Source of the DNA: Rickettsiales bacterium
GTDB lineage: Bacteria > Pseudomonadota > Alphaproteobacteria > Rs-D84
Length of the DNA stretch: 64,000 nucleotides
Reading direction: 5' to 3'
NCBI GenBank assembly: GCA_031254335.1
Contig: JAIRUP010000003.1
Span: 5,257 to 69,256 of the forward strand
The translations under genes and the position numbers were made by a program. The notes beneath the pieces were generated by a model that searched no databases, had not been told where the DNA came from, and saw only the letters and a list, made by a program, of their open reading frames with translations. This document shows, one piece after another, positions 1 through 9,871 of the stretch (the first letter of the stretch is position 1; each line of letters opens with the position of its first letter).

Positions 1-2698
1 AGAACGCTTCGTCCGCGACCAGCTGGCAAGCGCGAACATCGCGTCAAGCACCCCGCAGGACATCATAAACGCCCGCCAGTTGGTTGCAGCCATATCGGAG
101 TTTTTTGGAAGCTCTCCGTTGTCGCAGCTGCTTGAACAGACAAACCCGCTTGCAGAAATCGAGCACAAACGCCTTGTGTCCGCCTTGGGTCCCGACGGAC
201 TCAACCGCGAGCGCGCCGGACTCGATGTTCGAGATGTGCATCCGACATACTACGGCCGCATTTGCCCAATCCAAGCCCCCGAAGGCCAGAACATCGGCCT
301 TATCAACCATTTCTCGGTTTATGCCCGCGTCAATAAATACGGCTTTGTCGAGACGCCTTATTATATAGTCAAGGGCGGCGTCGTGACCGACGAGCTTATA
401 TACCTTACCGCCGACGAGGAGGCCAAGCACAAAATCGCCCAGGGAAATTCCAAGCTGGACGAAAAACGCCGCCTTGTGGACGACAACCTGATTGCCCGCG
501 TCGACGAGGAATTCACCATGGTGCCGCGCGACGAAATCGACCTTATCGATGTGTCCACCAAGCAAGTCATATCCCTTGCGACGGGGCTTATCCCGTTCCT
601 TGAAAACGACGACGCCAACCGCGCCCTTATGGGTTCCAACATGATGAAACAGGGCGTACCCCTTGTCCGTTCCGACGCCCCGCTGATTGGAACGGGAATC
701 GAGAGCGTCATAGCCCGCGATTCCAAATCCGTCGAAATCGCCAAGCATTCCGGCGTAGTCGAGCTTGTGGACGCAGAACGCATAGTCGTCAAATGCATGA
801 ATTCCCGCAATGTCGTTTCCGGCGTGGACATTTACAACCTTAAAAAGTTCCAGCGGTCCAACAGCGACAAGCTTATGCACCAAAAGCCCCTTGTCAAAAT
901 CGGCGACCGAGTGAACGCCGGAGATGTCATAGCAGACGGGTCCTGCACCGAGCACGGCGAGCTTGCGCTCGGTCGGAATGTCGTCGTCGCATTCATGCCG
1001 TGGCGCGGATACAACTATGAAGACTCCATCGTCATATCAGAAAAAATCTCGCGCGAGGACACCTTCACATCCATAAAAATCTTCAAGAAGGAAGTCCGCG
1101 CCAAGGACACACAGCTTGGCCAGGAATCATTCACCCGCGACATCCCGAATGTCGGCGAGCACGCGCTTCGCAACCTTGACGAGTCCGGCATAATTTATGT
1201 CGGCGCGCATGTCAAGCCCGGCGACATCCTGGTCGGAAAGGTTTCCCCGAAGGCCGAGAGTTCCCCGACGCCCGAAGAAGATTTGCTTCGCGCAATCTTC
1301 GGCGAGAAGGCCCTTAATGTCCGCGACACATCCCTGCGCATGGCCGCGGGAGAAGAGGGCGTCGTAGTCGGCGTCGATGTTCTGACCCGCCACGGCGTTC
1401 CCAAAGACGAGCGCACACAGATGATTGAGATGCAGAAAATATCCAAGGTCAATAAAGACCGCGAGGACGAGCGGGAGATTCTTGAAAAAGGATATTACGC
1501 GCAGGTTTATCCGCTTGTCGAAGGCAAAATCCTGGTTTCCGGCGCTGGTTCCTTGAAACAGCACATGGGACGCAAGCTGACCCAGGGCGTTCTTGAATCC
1601 CTGCGTCTTGGCGACATCAAGAAAATCGCGGTCAAAGACCCCGAGGCCCAGGCCAAGGTCGATGTCATAAAAGAGCAGCACAACGCCGCCCTTAAAGCAC
1701 TCGACGAGCGCAGCGACGCCATGGTGAAAAAAATCCAAGAGGGGAATTCCCTTACCGCAGGCGTCTTGAAAGAGGTCAAAGTCTATATCGCCCACAAGAT
1801 GAAGCTGCAACCCGGCGACAAGATGGCCGGCCGCCACGGAAACAAGGGCATCGTGTCCAGCATCGTTCCCGTCGAATCCATGCCGCACCTTAGCGATGGA
1901 ACGCCCGTCGACATCGTCCTTAACCCGCTCGGCGTGCCGTCCCGTATGAACATCGGGCAGATTTTAGAGACCCACTTGGGCTTCGCTTCGCGCGGGCTGG
2001 GCCAGCAAATCGACGACATGCTGAACAAAATAAAAGCCAAGAAAGCAACCGCCGACGACCTTCGCGTCAAACTGCGCAAGGCTTACGACGACAAGGGAAT
2101 CGCGGCGCAATTCGAGAAGATGAACCAGGGCGAAATCCTGGCCCAGGGCGAATTGCTTCGCAAGGGAATCCCCATGTCTTCCCCGTCCTTCGACGGCGCG
2201 CTTCCCGAAGAAATTCACAAGGCCCTGGAACAGGCCGGTTTGCCCAAATCCGGACAGGTGGACCTGTATGACGGAATGACAGGCGACAAGTTCGCACGCC
2301 CCGTAACCGTCGGCGTAATCTACATGATGAAGCTGAAACACCTTGTGGACGAGAAGATTCACGCGCGCTCCACCGGCCATTACACCCTGATTACCCAGCA
2401 GCCGCTGAGCGGCCGCGCAAACATGGGCGGTCAACGCTTTGGCGAAATGGAGACATGGGCGTTGGAAGCCCACGGCGCGGCGCATATCCTTAAAGAGATG
2501 CTTACCGTCAAATCCGACGACATCACGGGCCGAAACAAGATGTATGAGGCCGTTATCTCGGGTTCGACCGACATCAAGACCGGCATTCCGGAGGGCTTCA
2601 ATGTCCTTACCCGCGAGCTTCGCGCTATCGGACTGAACCTGTCCATGAAAAGCCGCGAGAAGGTGAAGGAAGAGGAAGCCGCGGAGGCGAACGAATGA
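1..2698 (+). CDS. rpoB: DNA-directed RNA polymerase subunit beta, C-terminal portion; the 5' end lies upstream of the window
   Basis: Frame-2 translation from base 2 reads ERFVRDQLASANI...; the ORF ends in ...GRNKMYEAVISG...GLNLSMKS, the conserved beta-subunit C-terminus; it lies immediately upstream of rpoC. Confidence 0.95.
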   Translation, partial: ERFVRDQLASANIASSTPQDIINARQLVAAISEFFGSSPLSQLLEQTNPLAEIEHKRLVSALGPDGLNRERAGLDVRDVHPTYYGRICPIQAPEGQNIGLINHFSVYARVNKYGFVETPYYIVKGGVVTDELIYLTADEEAKHKIAQGNSKLDEKRRLVDDNLIARVDEEFTMVPRDEIDLIDVSTKQVISLATGLIPFLENDDANRALMGSNMMKQGVPLVRSDAPLIGTGIESVIARDSKSVEIAKHSGVVELVDAERIVVKCMNSRNVVSGVDIYNLKKFQRSNSDKLMHQKPLVKIGDRVNAGDVIADGSCTEHGELALGRNVVVAFMPWRGYNYEDSIVISEKISREDTFTSIKIFKKEVRAKDTQLGQESFTRDIPNVGEHALRNLDESGIIYVGAHVKPGDILVGKVSPKAESSPTPEEDLLRAIFGEKALNVRDTSLRMAAGEEGVVVGVDVLTRHGVPKDERTQMIEMQKISKVNKDREDEREILEKGYYAQVYPLVEGKILVSGAGSLKQHMGRKLTQGVLESLRLGDIKKIAVKDPEAQAKVDVIKEQHNAALKALDERSDAMVKKIQEGNSLTAGVLKEVKVYIAHKMKLQPGDKMAGRHGNKGIVSSIVPVESMPHLSDGTPVDIVLNPLGVPSRMNIGQILETHLGFASRGLGQQIDDMLNKIKAKKATADDLRVKLRKAYDDKGIAAQFEKMNQGEILAQGELLRKGIPMSSPSFDGALPEEIHKALEQAGLPKSGQVDLYDGMTGDKFARPVTVGVIYMMKLKHLVDEKIHARSTGHYTLITQQPLSGRANMGGQRFGEMETWALEAHGAAHILKEMLTVKSDDITGRNKMYEAVISGSTDIKTGIPEGFNVLTRELRAIGLNLSMKSREKVKEEEAAEANE

Positions 2699-2811
2699 CA
2701 AAAAATCCAATCGCGGTTTTTCTTGGTCCTCGGCGATTTTCTCTCGAAAACGCGACCTCGCTAGGATTTTTAGAAATTTAATAAAATAGGAATAAAAAGA
2801 GGAGTTCAATC

Positions 2812-5800
2812 ATGAGCATGTTGCAGAAAATCTTCGGCCAAATCGAAACCAACGACCCGTTCGAGGCGTTGCGCATAACCGTCGCTTCGCCGGACGAAAT
2901 CAAATCGTGGTCCTTCGGCGAAGTCAAGAAGCCCGACACCATCGACTATCACTCGCTGCGCCCGGAGCCCGAGGGCCTTTTCTGCCAGCAGATTTTCGGA
3001 CCCACCAAGGACTATGAGTGCGCCTGCGGAAAATACAAGCGCATAAAGTTCCGCGGCGTCGTCTGCGAACGCTGCGGCGTCGAAGTCGGCGCGTCCTCCG
3101 TCCGCCGCGAACGCATGGGACACATCAAACTTATAACCCCCGTCGTCCACAACTGGTTCATGCGCGAAGGCAAAATCGCGACCCTTCTCAACAACATGCC
3201 CAACAAGAAGCTGGACCAGGTCGTGTCATACGACAATTACATCGTGTCCGAGCCGGGCCTTACCGACCTTAAACTTTACGATGTCATATCCGAGGACGAA
3301 TATCAGAAGAAAGTCGAAGAGTTCGGGGCCGACAGCTTCCGCGTCGGCATCGGAGCCGAGGGAATCCGCAACATCATAACCGCCCTTGACATGGTCGAAG
3401 AGCGCAACCGACTTCGCGCCGAGCTGGCCGACACCAAGTCCGATGTCAAAAGACGCGGCTTGCAAAAGCACCTGCGCCTGGTCGAGCAATTCGTTTCCAG
3501 CGGCGTCAATCCGTCCTGGATGATTATGGACACCATCCCCGTTCTGCCGCCCGAACTGCGCCCGCTGGTCCAGCTTGACGCGGGACATGTGGCGACGAGC
3601 GACCTCAACGACCTTTATCGCCGCGTCATCATCCGCAACAACCGCTTGAAGAAACTTATCGAAATGCGCGCGCCCGAAATCATAGTCCGCAACGAAAAGC
3701 GCATGCTGCAAGAGGCCGTCGACGCCTTGTTCGACAACAGCCACAAGCCACGCCCGATGGTTTCGCAGAACAAGCATATCCTTAAATCCCTGAGCGACTC
3801 GCTTCGCGGCAAGCAGGGCCGGTTCCGCATGAACCTGCTTGGCAAGCGCGTGGACTATTCCGGCCGCTCGGTCATCGTTTCCGGCCCGACGCTCCGCCTG
3901 CACCAGGTCGGTCTTCCCAAAATCATGGCCCTTGAACTGTTCCGCCTGTTCGTTTATGCCGAGCTTCTCGCCATGGACCACGCCAACACTTTGAAGACCG
4001 CAAAGAAGATGGTCGAAAACCAAGAGCCAATCGTTTGGGATATTTTACAGAAGGTCATTTACCAGCACCCGGTTCTTCTCAACCGCGCGCCGACGCTTCA
4101 CAAACTTTCCGTCCTTGCGTTCGAACCGATTCTCGTCGAAGGCAAAGCCATCCACCTTCATCCGCTTGTCTGCAAGGGCTTCAACGCCGACTTCGACGGC
4201 GACGCGATGGCCGTGCATGTGCCCATTTCGCTTGAAGCGCAGCTTGAAGCGCGCACCCTTATGCTTGCGTCAAACAATGTCCTTCACCCGGCCGACGGCG
4301 CGCCCGTAATCGTTCCGACGCAAGACATGGTGCTGGGCGTTTATTACATTTCGCTAGTCAACGGCGACTGGACGCAAAAATCCCCGCGCTTCGCCAATAT
4401 GGACGAAATCAAGATGGCCTTGGACAACAAGAGCATAGAGCTGCACACGCCAATCGTCGCGCGCTATGCCGAGGTCGCCTTGGACGGGACCGAATCAGTC
4501 AATTCCGTCAAGACAACCGCCGGACGCATGCTGCTTGGCGAGATGCTGCCGAAAAAACCCGGCATGTCGTTCGCCTTGGTCAACCAAGTCATGAGCAAGG
4601 GCAAAATCGAGGAGCTTCTCGCGTCCGCCTATGAATTCTGCGGCGACAAGGACATGATTATAATCGCCGACAAGCTCAAAAACATCGGATTCGAGCAGGC
4701 CGCCAAATCCGGCATATCCATAACCCAGGACGACATCCTTATTCCCGAAGGCAAGGCCAAGGCCATCGAGGCCGCGCGAAAGTCCGCCAGTGAAATCGAG
4801 AGCCAATACCAGAACGGACTTATATCCAACGGCGAACGATACAACAAAATCGTCGACATGTGGCAGAAGACGACCGAACATGTCGCCGCGCTGTCCTTCG
4901 AGACCATGGAAAAATCGTCGGCCGGCGGAAAATGGAACTCCATATCCATGATGGCCGATTCCGGCGCGCGCGGTTCCAAAACCCAAATCCGCCAGCTGGC
5001 CGGCATGCGCGGAGTCATGGCCAAGCCAAGCGGCGAAATTATCGAAGTCCCCATCATCTCGAACTTCAAGGAAGGACTCACCGTGTCCGAATACTTCACT
5101 TCGACCCACGGTTCCCGCAAAGGACTTTCCGACACCGCCATGAAGACCGCGGAAGCCGGATACCTGACGCGCCGACTTGTGTCCCTTGCCCAGAACATCG
5201 TCATAACCGAGGAAGACTGCGGAACGCACGAGTCCGTCGTCGAACGCGCAATCCACGACGGCGCGACCGTCGTCAAGACTTTGGGCAAAGTCGTCATGGG
5301 CCGATTCGCCGCGACGGATGTCAAAGACGCGTCAGGCAAGGTCATCGTCAAACGCAACGAGCTTATCACCAAGCAAGTCGCCAGCCGAATCGACGCCGCG
5401 GATATTAAGGAAATCGATGTGCGCAGCGTCCTTACCTGCGAATCCGACGGCCTTTGCGCCAAGTGCTATGGCAGCGACCTTTCCAAGGGAACCCAGGTTC
5501 AAATCGGCGAGGGCGTCGGAATCATCGCCGCCCAGGCCATCGGCGAACCGGGAACGCAGCTTACGCTCCGCACATTCCATGTCGGCGGAGTCGCCGTGTC
5601 CAGCGGCGGAGCCGACGGACAAATCGCAACGCCCGCCGCGGGAAAAGTCGAATTCGAGAATGTCGGAATCGCCGTCAATTCGAAGGGCCGAAACATCGTC
5701 ATGGGCCACAACGCCTATGCCAAAATCGGAAGCGCGCGGGTGAAGCTCCCTTATTCCGCCGAGCTGTTCGTCGCCGACGGCGCGGTCGTGGAAAAGGGCG

Positions 5801-6936
5801 CGAAGCTGGCCGAAGTCGACCCGTATTCGCGCGTCATTCTCGCAGAAAAATCCGGCAAGGCGGCATACCGCGACCTTATAGACAACATTTCCTATAAGGA
5901 GGAAGAGGACCCCGTATCCGGCGCCTCGTCGAAGAAAATCATCAACTGGAAGAACATTACCAAGAAATCCCTGAAACCGTCCATCGCCATCCTTGACGAG
6001 TCCGGCGAAATCATAACCAGCGGCAAAAACAAGCTGGAATACATGATGCCGATTTACGCCATACTCAACATCAACGACGGCGACGAAATCAAGGCCGGAG
6101 ATGTCATCGCCTGGATTCCCGTCGAAAACCAGAAGACCAAGGACATCACGGGCGGTCTTCCGCGCGTCGAGGAATTATTGGAAGCGCGAAACCTTAAAAA
6201 TCCCGCCGTGCTTGCCGACATCGACGGCGAAATCGAAATCGACGATTCGCACAAGTCCAAAATCATGGTTCGAATCCTTCCCGCAGACGCCGCCGAAAAA
6301 CCCGTCGAATACATGATTCCGAAGGGCTCCGGCATTCTTGTGCAGAACGGCGATATCGTCAAAAAATCCGATTTCATAGTCGGCGGCGATGTCGTGCCGG
6401 AAGACATTCTCCGCATTTCGGGGCGCAAGGCTTTGGCGACCTATATGGTGGAGCAAGTCCAACAGGTTTATAGGCTTCAAGGCGTGTCCATCAACAACAA
6501 GCACATGGAAATCATAATCCGCGAGATGATGCGCAAAGTCGAAATCACAGACCCGAAGGACACCAAATTCTCGTCCGGGCAGGAAGTGAACATCGGAACG
6601 CTTCGCGCGGAAAACAAGCGCGTCATCAGCGATGGCAAGAAGCCCGCCCTGTTCAAGCCGCGCCTGATGGGTATTTCCAAGCTGTCCCGCTCGTCCGACA
6701 GCTTTATCAGCAACGCCGCGTTCCAAGAGGTCACACGCGTGCTTACCGACGCCGCGATTCAGGGCCAGGTCGACAAGCTGGAAGGCCTTAACGAGAACCT
6801 GATTGTGGGCCGACTGATACCGCTTGGCACGGGAACCTATGTTCGCCGCGTGCGCGAAATCGCCGAGGCAGAAGAGGCAAGCGAGGTCGCCAAAATCGAA
6901 GAGGGCGTGCCGGAGCAGGGGACGCTGGACCTCTGA
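2812..6936 (+). CDS. rpoC: DNA-directed RNA polymerase subunit beta' (1374 aa)
   Basis: N-terminal Zn-finger region CACGKYKRIKFRGVVCERCGVEV; the NADFDGD catalytic motif is present; an aagaggag RBS lies 12 nt upstream of the ATG. Confidence 0.97.
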   Translation: MSMLQKIFGQIETNDPFEALRITVASPDEIKSWSFGEVKKPDTIDYHSLRPEPEGLFCQQIFGPTKDYECACGKYKRIKFRGVVCERCGVEVGASSVRRERMGHIKLITPVVHNWFMREGKIATLLNNMPNKKLDQVVSYDNYIVSEPGLTDLKLYDVISEDEYQKKVEEFGADSFRVGIGAEGIRNIITALDMVEERNRLRAELADTKSDVKRRGLQKHLRLVEQFVSSGVNPSWMIMDTIPVLPPELRPLVQLDAGHVATSDLNDLYRRVIIRNNRLKKLIEMRAPEIIVRNEKRMLQEAVDALFDNSHKPRPMVSQNKHILKSLSDSLRGKQGRFRMNLLGKRVDYSGRSVIVSGPTLRLHQVGLPKIMALELFRLFVYAELLAMDHANTLKTAKKMVENQEPIVWDILQKVIYQHPVLLNRAPTLHKLSVLAFEPILVEGKAIHLHPLVCKGFNADFDGDAMAVHVPISLEAQLEARTLMLASNNVLHPADGAPVIVPTQDMVLGVYYISLVNGDWTQKSPRFANMDEIKMALDNKSIELHTPIVARYAEVALDGTESVNSVKTTAGRMLLGEMLPKKPGMSFALVNQVMSKGKIEELLASAYEFCGDKDMIIIADKLKNIGFEQAAKSGISITQDDILIPEGKAKAIEAARKSASEIESQYQNGLISNGERYNKIVDMWQKTTEHVAALSFETMEKSSAGGKWNSISMMADSGARGSKTQIRQLAGMRGVMAKPSGEIIEVPIISNFKEGLTVSEYFTSTHGSRKGLSDTAMKTAEAGYLTRRLVSLAQNIVITEEDCGTHESVVERAIHDGATVVKTLGKVVMGRFAATDVKDASGKVIVKRNELITKQVASRIDAADIKEIDVRSVLTCESDGLCAKCYGSDLSKGTQVQIGEGVGIIAAQAIGEPGTQLTLRTFHVGGVAVSSGGADGQIATPAAGKVEFENVGIAVNSKGRNIVMGHNAYAKIGSARVKLPYSAELFVADGAVVEKGAKLAEVDPYSRVILAEKSGKAAYRDLIDNISYKEEEDPVSGASSKKIINWKNITKKSLKPSIAILDESGEIITSGKNKLEYMMPIYAILNINDGDEIKAGDVIAWIPVENQKTKDITGGLPRVEELLEARNLKNPAVLADIDGEIEIDDSHKSKIMVRILPADAAEKPVEYMIPKGSGILVQNGDIVKKSDFIVGGDVVPEDILRISGRKALATYMVEQVQQVYRLQGVSINNKHMEIIIREMMRKVEITDPKDTKFSSGQEVNIGTLRAENKRVISDGKKPALFKPRLMGISKLSRSSDSFISNAAFQEVTRVLTDAAIQGQVDKLEGLNENLIVGRLIPLGTGTYVRRVREIAEAEEASEVAKIEEGVPEQGTLDL

Positions 6937-6960
6937 TTTGGTCGTGCTATGACAAAAAAT

Positions 6961-6984
6961 CCCCCTTAATAAGGGGGATTTTTC
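6961..6984 (+). terminator. Rho-independent terminator after rpoC
   Basis: Hairpin ccccctt-aat-aaggggg followed by a T-run, 25 nt after the rpoC stop. Confidence 0.7.
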
Positions 6985-7035
6985 ATTTGAAAAATATTTA
7001 TGGCTTGTCTATAATAAATCGCAAAAGGGGATAAA

Positions 7036-8115
7036 ATGGCGACAGTCATAGCTATGTTCAATCATAAAGGCGGAGTAAGTAAAACCACTACCACATTTCA
7101 TTTGGGATGGAAATTGGCTCGTCTTGGAAAACGAGTATTGATTGTTGACGCCGACCCGCAATGCAATTTGACCGGACTTGCACTTGGAATAGAGGATTAC
7201 GACTCTTTATTCGGTTTTTATGACAGCCGCCGCAATAACGATATTTTTTCGGCACTCGCGCCCGTGTTCAATATGGGTAACGGTGAGGGCAATACAATAC
7301 AATCTTTCGGCGTTACGGATATAAAAGATAATGAAAATTTGAAACTGCTGGCCGGCCATGTAAGATTTGCAGAACTTGATATGCAGATTGCGACTGCTAT
7401 AACAAGTAGCGCTGGATTGCCGGTATTGCGAGAGCTAGTCGGAGCATTCAATAAACTTATTCGGGAGGCCGCACTGAGGATGGCGGCGGACATAGTCATA
7501 ATAGACATGAGTCCTAGCATATCCGCTACAAATATGTGCCTGTTGATGGGAAGCGACAATTTTATAGTTCCGACATCGCCGGATTTTTATTGTTATCAGG
7601 CTATAGATTCCCTTAGCGAGGTTTTCCCAAAGTGGGCGCGGACAATGTCCGAATTCAAGAATGGAGTGGTGTTGCCGAGAAATAATCCCAAGATGATGGG
7701 TCTAATATCCCAAAATTACAGGGTTTATACGACGGACCCTAATGCGGATAAAAAAACAATGACAGCTTCATATCAAAGATGGGCCGATAAAATAAAGAAG
7801 ATAACCAATGAAAAATTGGTCCCCTCGTTAAATACCCATAACATGGTTATATCAAAAGAAGTGTTTGAAAGAAATGTAAAATATGATTCACCATACAACT
7901 TGGCGAATATCCAAGACCTTAATACTCTTATAGCCATATCACAGCGTCTCTCCAAACCTGTGTTTGAAATAACTGAAAAAGAATACGGAAGCGGCACGGT
8001 TTGGGAACATAAGACGACCAATGACAAAATGGTTGGCGCAAAATACACGGTAGAAGAACTGGATAAAGTATATTCGGAAATGGGAAAAGCTATAATAGGA
8101 ATGATACAACCATAA
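7036..8115 (+). CDS. ParA/MinD-family ATPase, unusually long (359 aa), in an AT-rich islet
   Basis: Deviant Walker A NHKGGVSKTTT; a VDADPQCNLT motif; about 100 aa of C-terminal extension beyond the canonical ParA size of roughly 255 aa; GC is clearly lower than the flanking rpoC; an aaagggga RBS is present. Confidence 0.8.
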   Translation: MATVIAMFNHKGGVSKTTTTFHLGWKLARLGKRVLIVDADPQCNLTGLALGIEDYDSLFGFYDSRRNNDIFSALAPVFNMGNGEGNTIQSFGVTDIKDNENLKLLAGHVRFAELDMQIATAITSSAGLPVLRELVGAFNKLIREAALRMAADIVIIDMSPSISATNMCLLMGSDNFIVPTSPDFYCYQAIDSLSEVFPKWARTMSEFKNGVVLPRNNPKMMGLISQNYRVYTTDPNADKKTMTASYQRWADKIKKITNEKLVPSLNTHNMVISKEVFERNVKYDSPYNLANIQDLNTLIAISQRLSKPVFEITEKEYGSGTVWEHKTTNDKMVGAKYTVEELDKVYSEMGKAIIGMIQP

Positions 8116-8125
8116 TAAAAAATGT

Positions 8126-8152
8126 GTCGCCGCGAAAGCGGCGACTTTCTTA
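8126..8152 (+). terminator. Hairpin terminator after the ParA-like gene; this is the first module of an E-family repeat
   Basis: gtcgccgc-gaaa-gcggcgac followed by tttctt; the same hairpin-plus-tail architecture recurs after lpxD at 16332. Confidence 0.55.
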
Positions 8153-8314
8153 TTACCTGGATGGGCGGGTTGGACCCGACCATGACATTTGATGATGAGG
8201 TCCCGCGGTCAAGCCGCGGGATGATAAAAACGGGGAGGTCAAGGGGAAAATCGGGCTTGAAAAATTTTCTAGGACGGGGAGGCGGCGGGGCGCGTTTTGT
8301 GGTATAATATACCT

Positions 8315-8839
8315 ATGCCGATATTCGATTCTTCAACTTCGCTGCTTTACTGTCCAGAGTGTCTTCAAAAGGACAGGGAACTTTACGAATCGGCACGAAA
8401 AATCGTTTATAAAGACAGCGGCATTATGCCCAAAATCGTTTCGGACACCACCAAAATCAACACACTTCCCCTGGACGCCGTTTTCTATTATCCAATCATG
8501 ACCACAAACAAGCACTGGTGGCTGAATCTTGTCGGCGCGGGAGATGTCAAACTTGTCGACAAACTCATCGTGTCCCCGGAATGCCAGCTGGCGGTCATCC
8601 GAAATGTCAGCGAATTCGAGACCAAAAAAGCGGGCAAGAAAAATCTAAGCGTTGGCGAAGTCAAAACCGCCAGCGCTTTTTTCAAAGTCGTTTCCAAAAA
8701 AATAACCTGCGTTCACGATATGATTGCGACCGGCAGCGGCACCGTCATGATTCTTTTCGGCGGGATTAACGAGGGGAAGCTGGCCGCCGCGTTACACGAC
8801 ACGGGCAATCAATATTACGGCGTCATCGGGTCTTATTAA
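8315..8839 (+). CDS. Hypothetical protein, about 175 aa, partner of the ParA-like gene
   Basis: ORF 8297..8839; a TGgTATAAT extended -10 overlaps the first codons, so the ATG at 8315 (MPIFDSS...) is the likely start; an N-terminal CPEC motif; no recognisable family. Confidence 0.5.
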   Translation: MPIFDSSTSLLYCPECLQKDRELYESARKIVYKDSGIMPKIVSDTTKINTLPLDAVFYYPIMTTNKHWWLNLVGAGDVKLVDKLIVSPECQLAVIRNVSEFETKKAGKKNLSVGEVKTASAFFKVVSKKITCVHDMIATGSGTVMILFGGINEGKLAAALHDTGNQYYGVIGSY

Positions 8840-9075
8840 TACGGACAAAAAATATAAGGCTGGTTTTTCAAAATCGGTCTATATTTCCGATTAACTGTGA
8901 AAAACCACCCGTCGCGGACCGCCAAGTCCAGACGCCGGGCGGTTTTTCTTGTTCCTCGAAAATCTATCCTCGATTTTGCGACCAGCCTAATATTTTTTGA
9001 GTTATTGAGCGGCGGTGGCCCGCACGCATTATGGATTTATACAATTTGAGATGCCGAGCTTCCTCGGCATGACGG

Positions 9076-9771
9076 CTAGGGTTGGGTCCAGGCGGGGGAT
9101 TTGACCGATTTTTCCAAGAATTCGTTCCAGGTTTTTAATTCCGCCTCGCTGGGCGGGAAATCGCGCGGTTCGCGGCCAGTCGTTTTCGGGATTTCCTTCA
9201 TCGCTTTCTCGAACCGCTCCTTTATCGAATCATAGCTTTCCATGTCCTGGGCGCGCGTCAATTCCAAATAGACCTGCGCCAGGATTTTCGAATCGACCAG
9301 CGCGCTATGCGCGAATTCGCGCTCCTTCAAACTTATATCGAACCATTTCGCCAGCGCGTCCAAGGAATACGACTTCGGCCCGAACACGCGGTTCCTTGCG
9401 AGGATAAGGCTGTCGCACTGACGCTCCCGCGGGACTTCGGGCAGGCCGCTTGCGCGCAGCTGGAAATTAAAGAACGGAAAGTCGAAGTCCTGGCCGTTAT
9501 GCGCCACAATCAGCGAGTCCTTGAAAAACTCCAACACCTTGGGCGCGATTTCCTTGAATTTGGGCTTCCCTTCCAGCGCGTGGTTGGAAATCTTATGGAC
9601 TTCATAGGCTTCCTTTGGAATCAATTTCCCTTCCGGGTTTATAAGCTCGTGCACATGCGCGCCGGTCAGTTTGCCGTCCAGGATTTCCACCGCCGCGATT
9701 TCGATTATCTTGTCCCCGTTCCGGTAATCGAAGCCCGTCGTTTCCGTATCGAAGCACACTATGCGAGACAT
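9076..9771 (-). CDS. dnaQ: DNA polymerase III epsilon subunit, 3'-5' exonuclease
   Basis: Exo I motif FDTETTG, Exo II HNGQDFDFPF and Exo III HSALVDSKILAQVY; an aaagggga RBS precedes the second ATG (MSRIV...). Confidence 0.9.
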   Translation of the reverse strand: MSRIVCFDTETTGFDYRNGDKIIEIAAVEILDGKLTGAHVHELINPEGKLIPKEAYEVHKISNHALEGKPKFKEIAPKVLEFFKDSLIVAHNGQDFDFPFFNFQLRASGLPEVPRERQCDSLILARNRVFGPKSYSLDALAKWFDISLKEREFAHSALVDSKILAQVYLELTRAQDMESYDSIKERFEKAMKEIPKTTGREPRDFPPSEAELKTWNEFLEKSVKSPAWTQP

Positions 9772-9871
9772 AATTTCCCCTTTCATTCCATGCGTATTTG
9801 CATTATATTTATTCAGAAATAATAATGCAAATAGTTATTACCTGGATTCCAGCTTTCGCTGGAATGACGGG

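Noticed and set aside
44-955. Long antisense ORF (303 aa) and many further opposite-strand or alternate-frame ORFs overlapping rpoB and rpoC (e.g. 1127..1888, 3226..4023, 4495..5462)
   Set aside because: They lie entirely within strongly supported rpoB and rpoC coding sequence on the other strand. They have a high-GC antisense open-frame character, no RBS and no family resemblance.
8840-9075. Possible CRISPR array suggested by many short palindromic repeats
   Set aside because: The repeats belong to several different families and are not regularly spaced with unique spacers. They are dispersed across the whole window, including inside genes. No cas genes are present.
9761-9871. Upstream ATG start for uvrD at 9761 (the ORF-track start)
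   Set aside because: It would overlap the divergent dnaQ 5' end and read through a B-family repeat. The conserved UvrD N-terminus (LLESLNEGQRQAV) begins just after the repeat, so GTG 9872 is preferred, though this is unverified.
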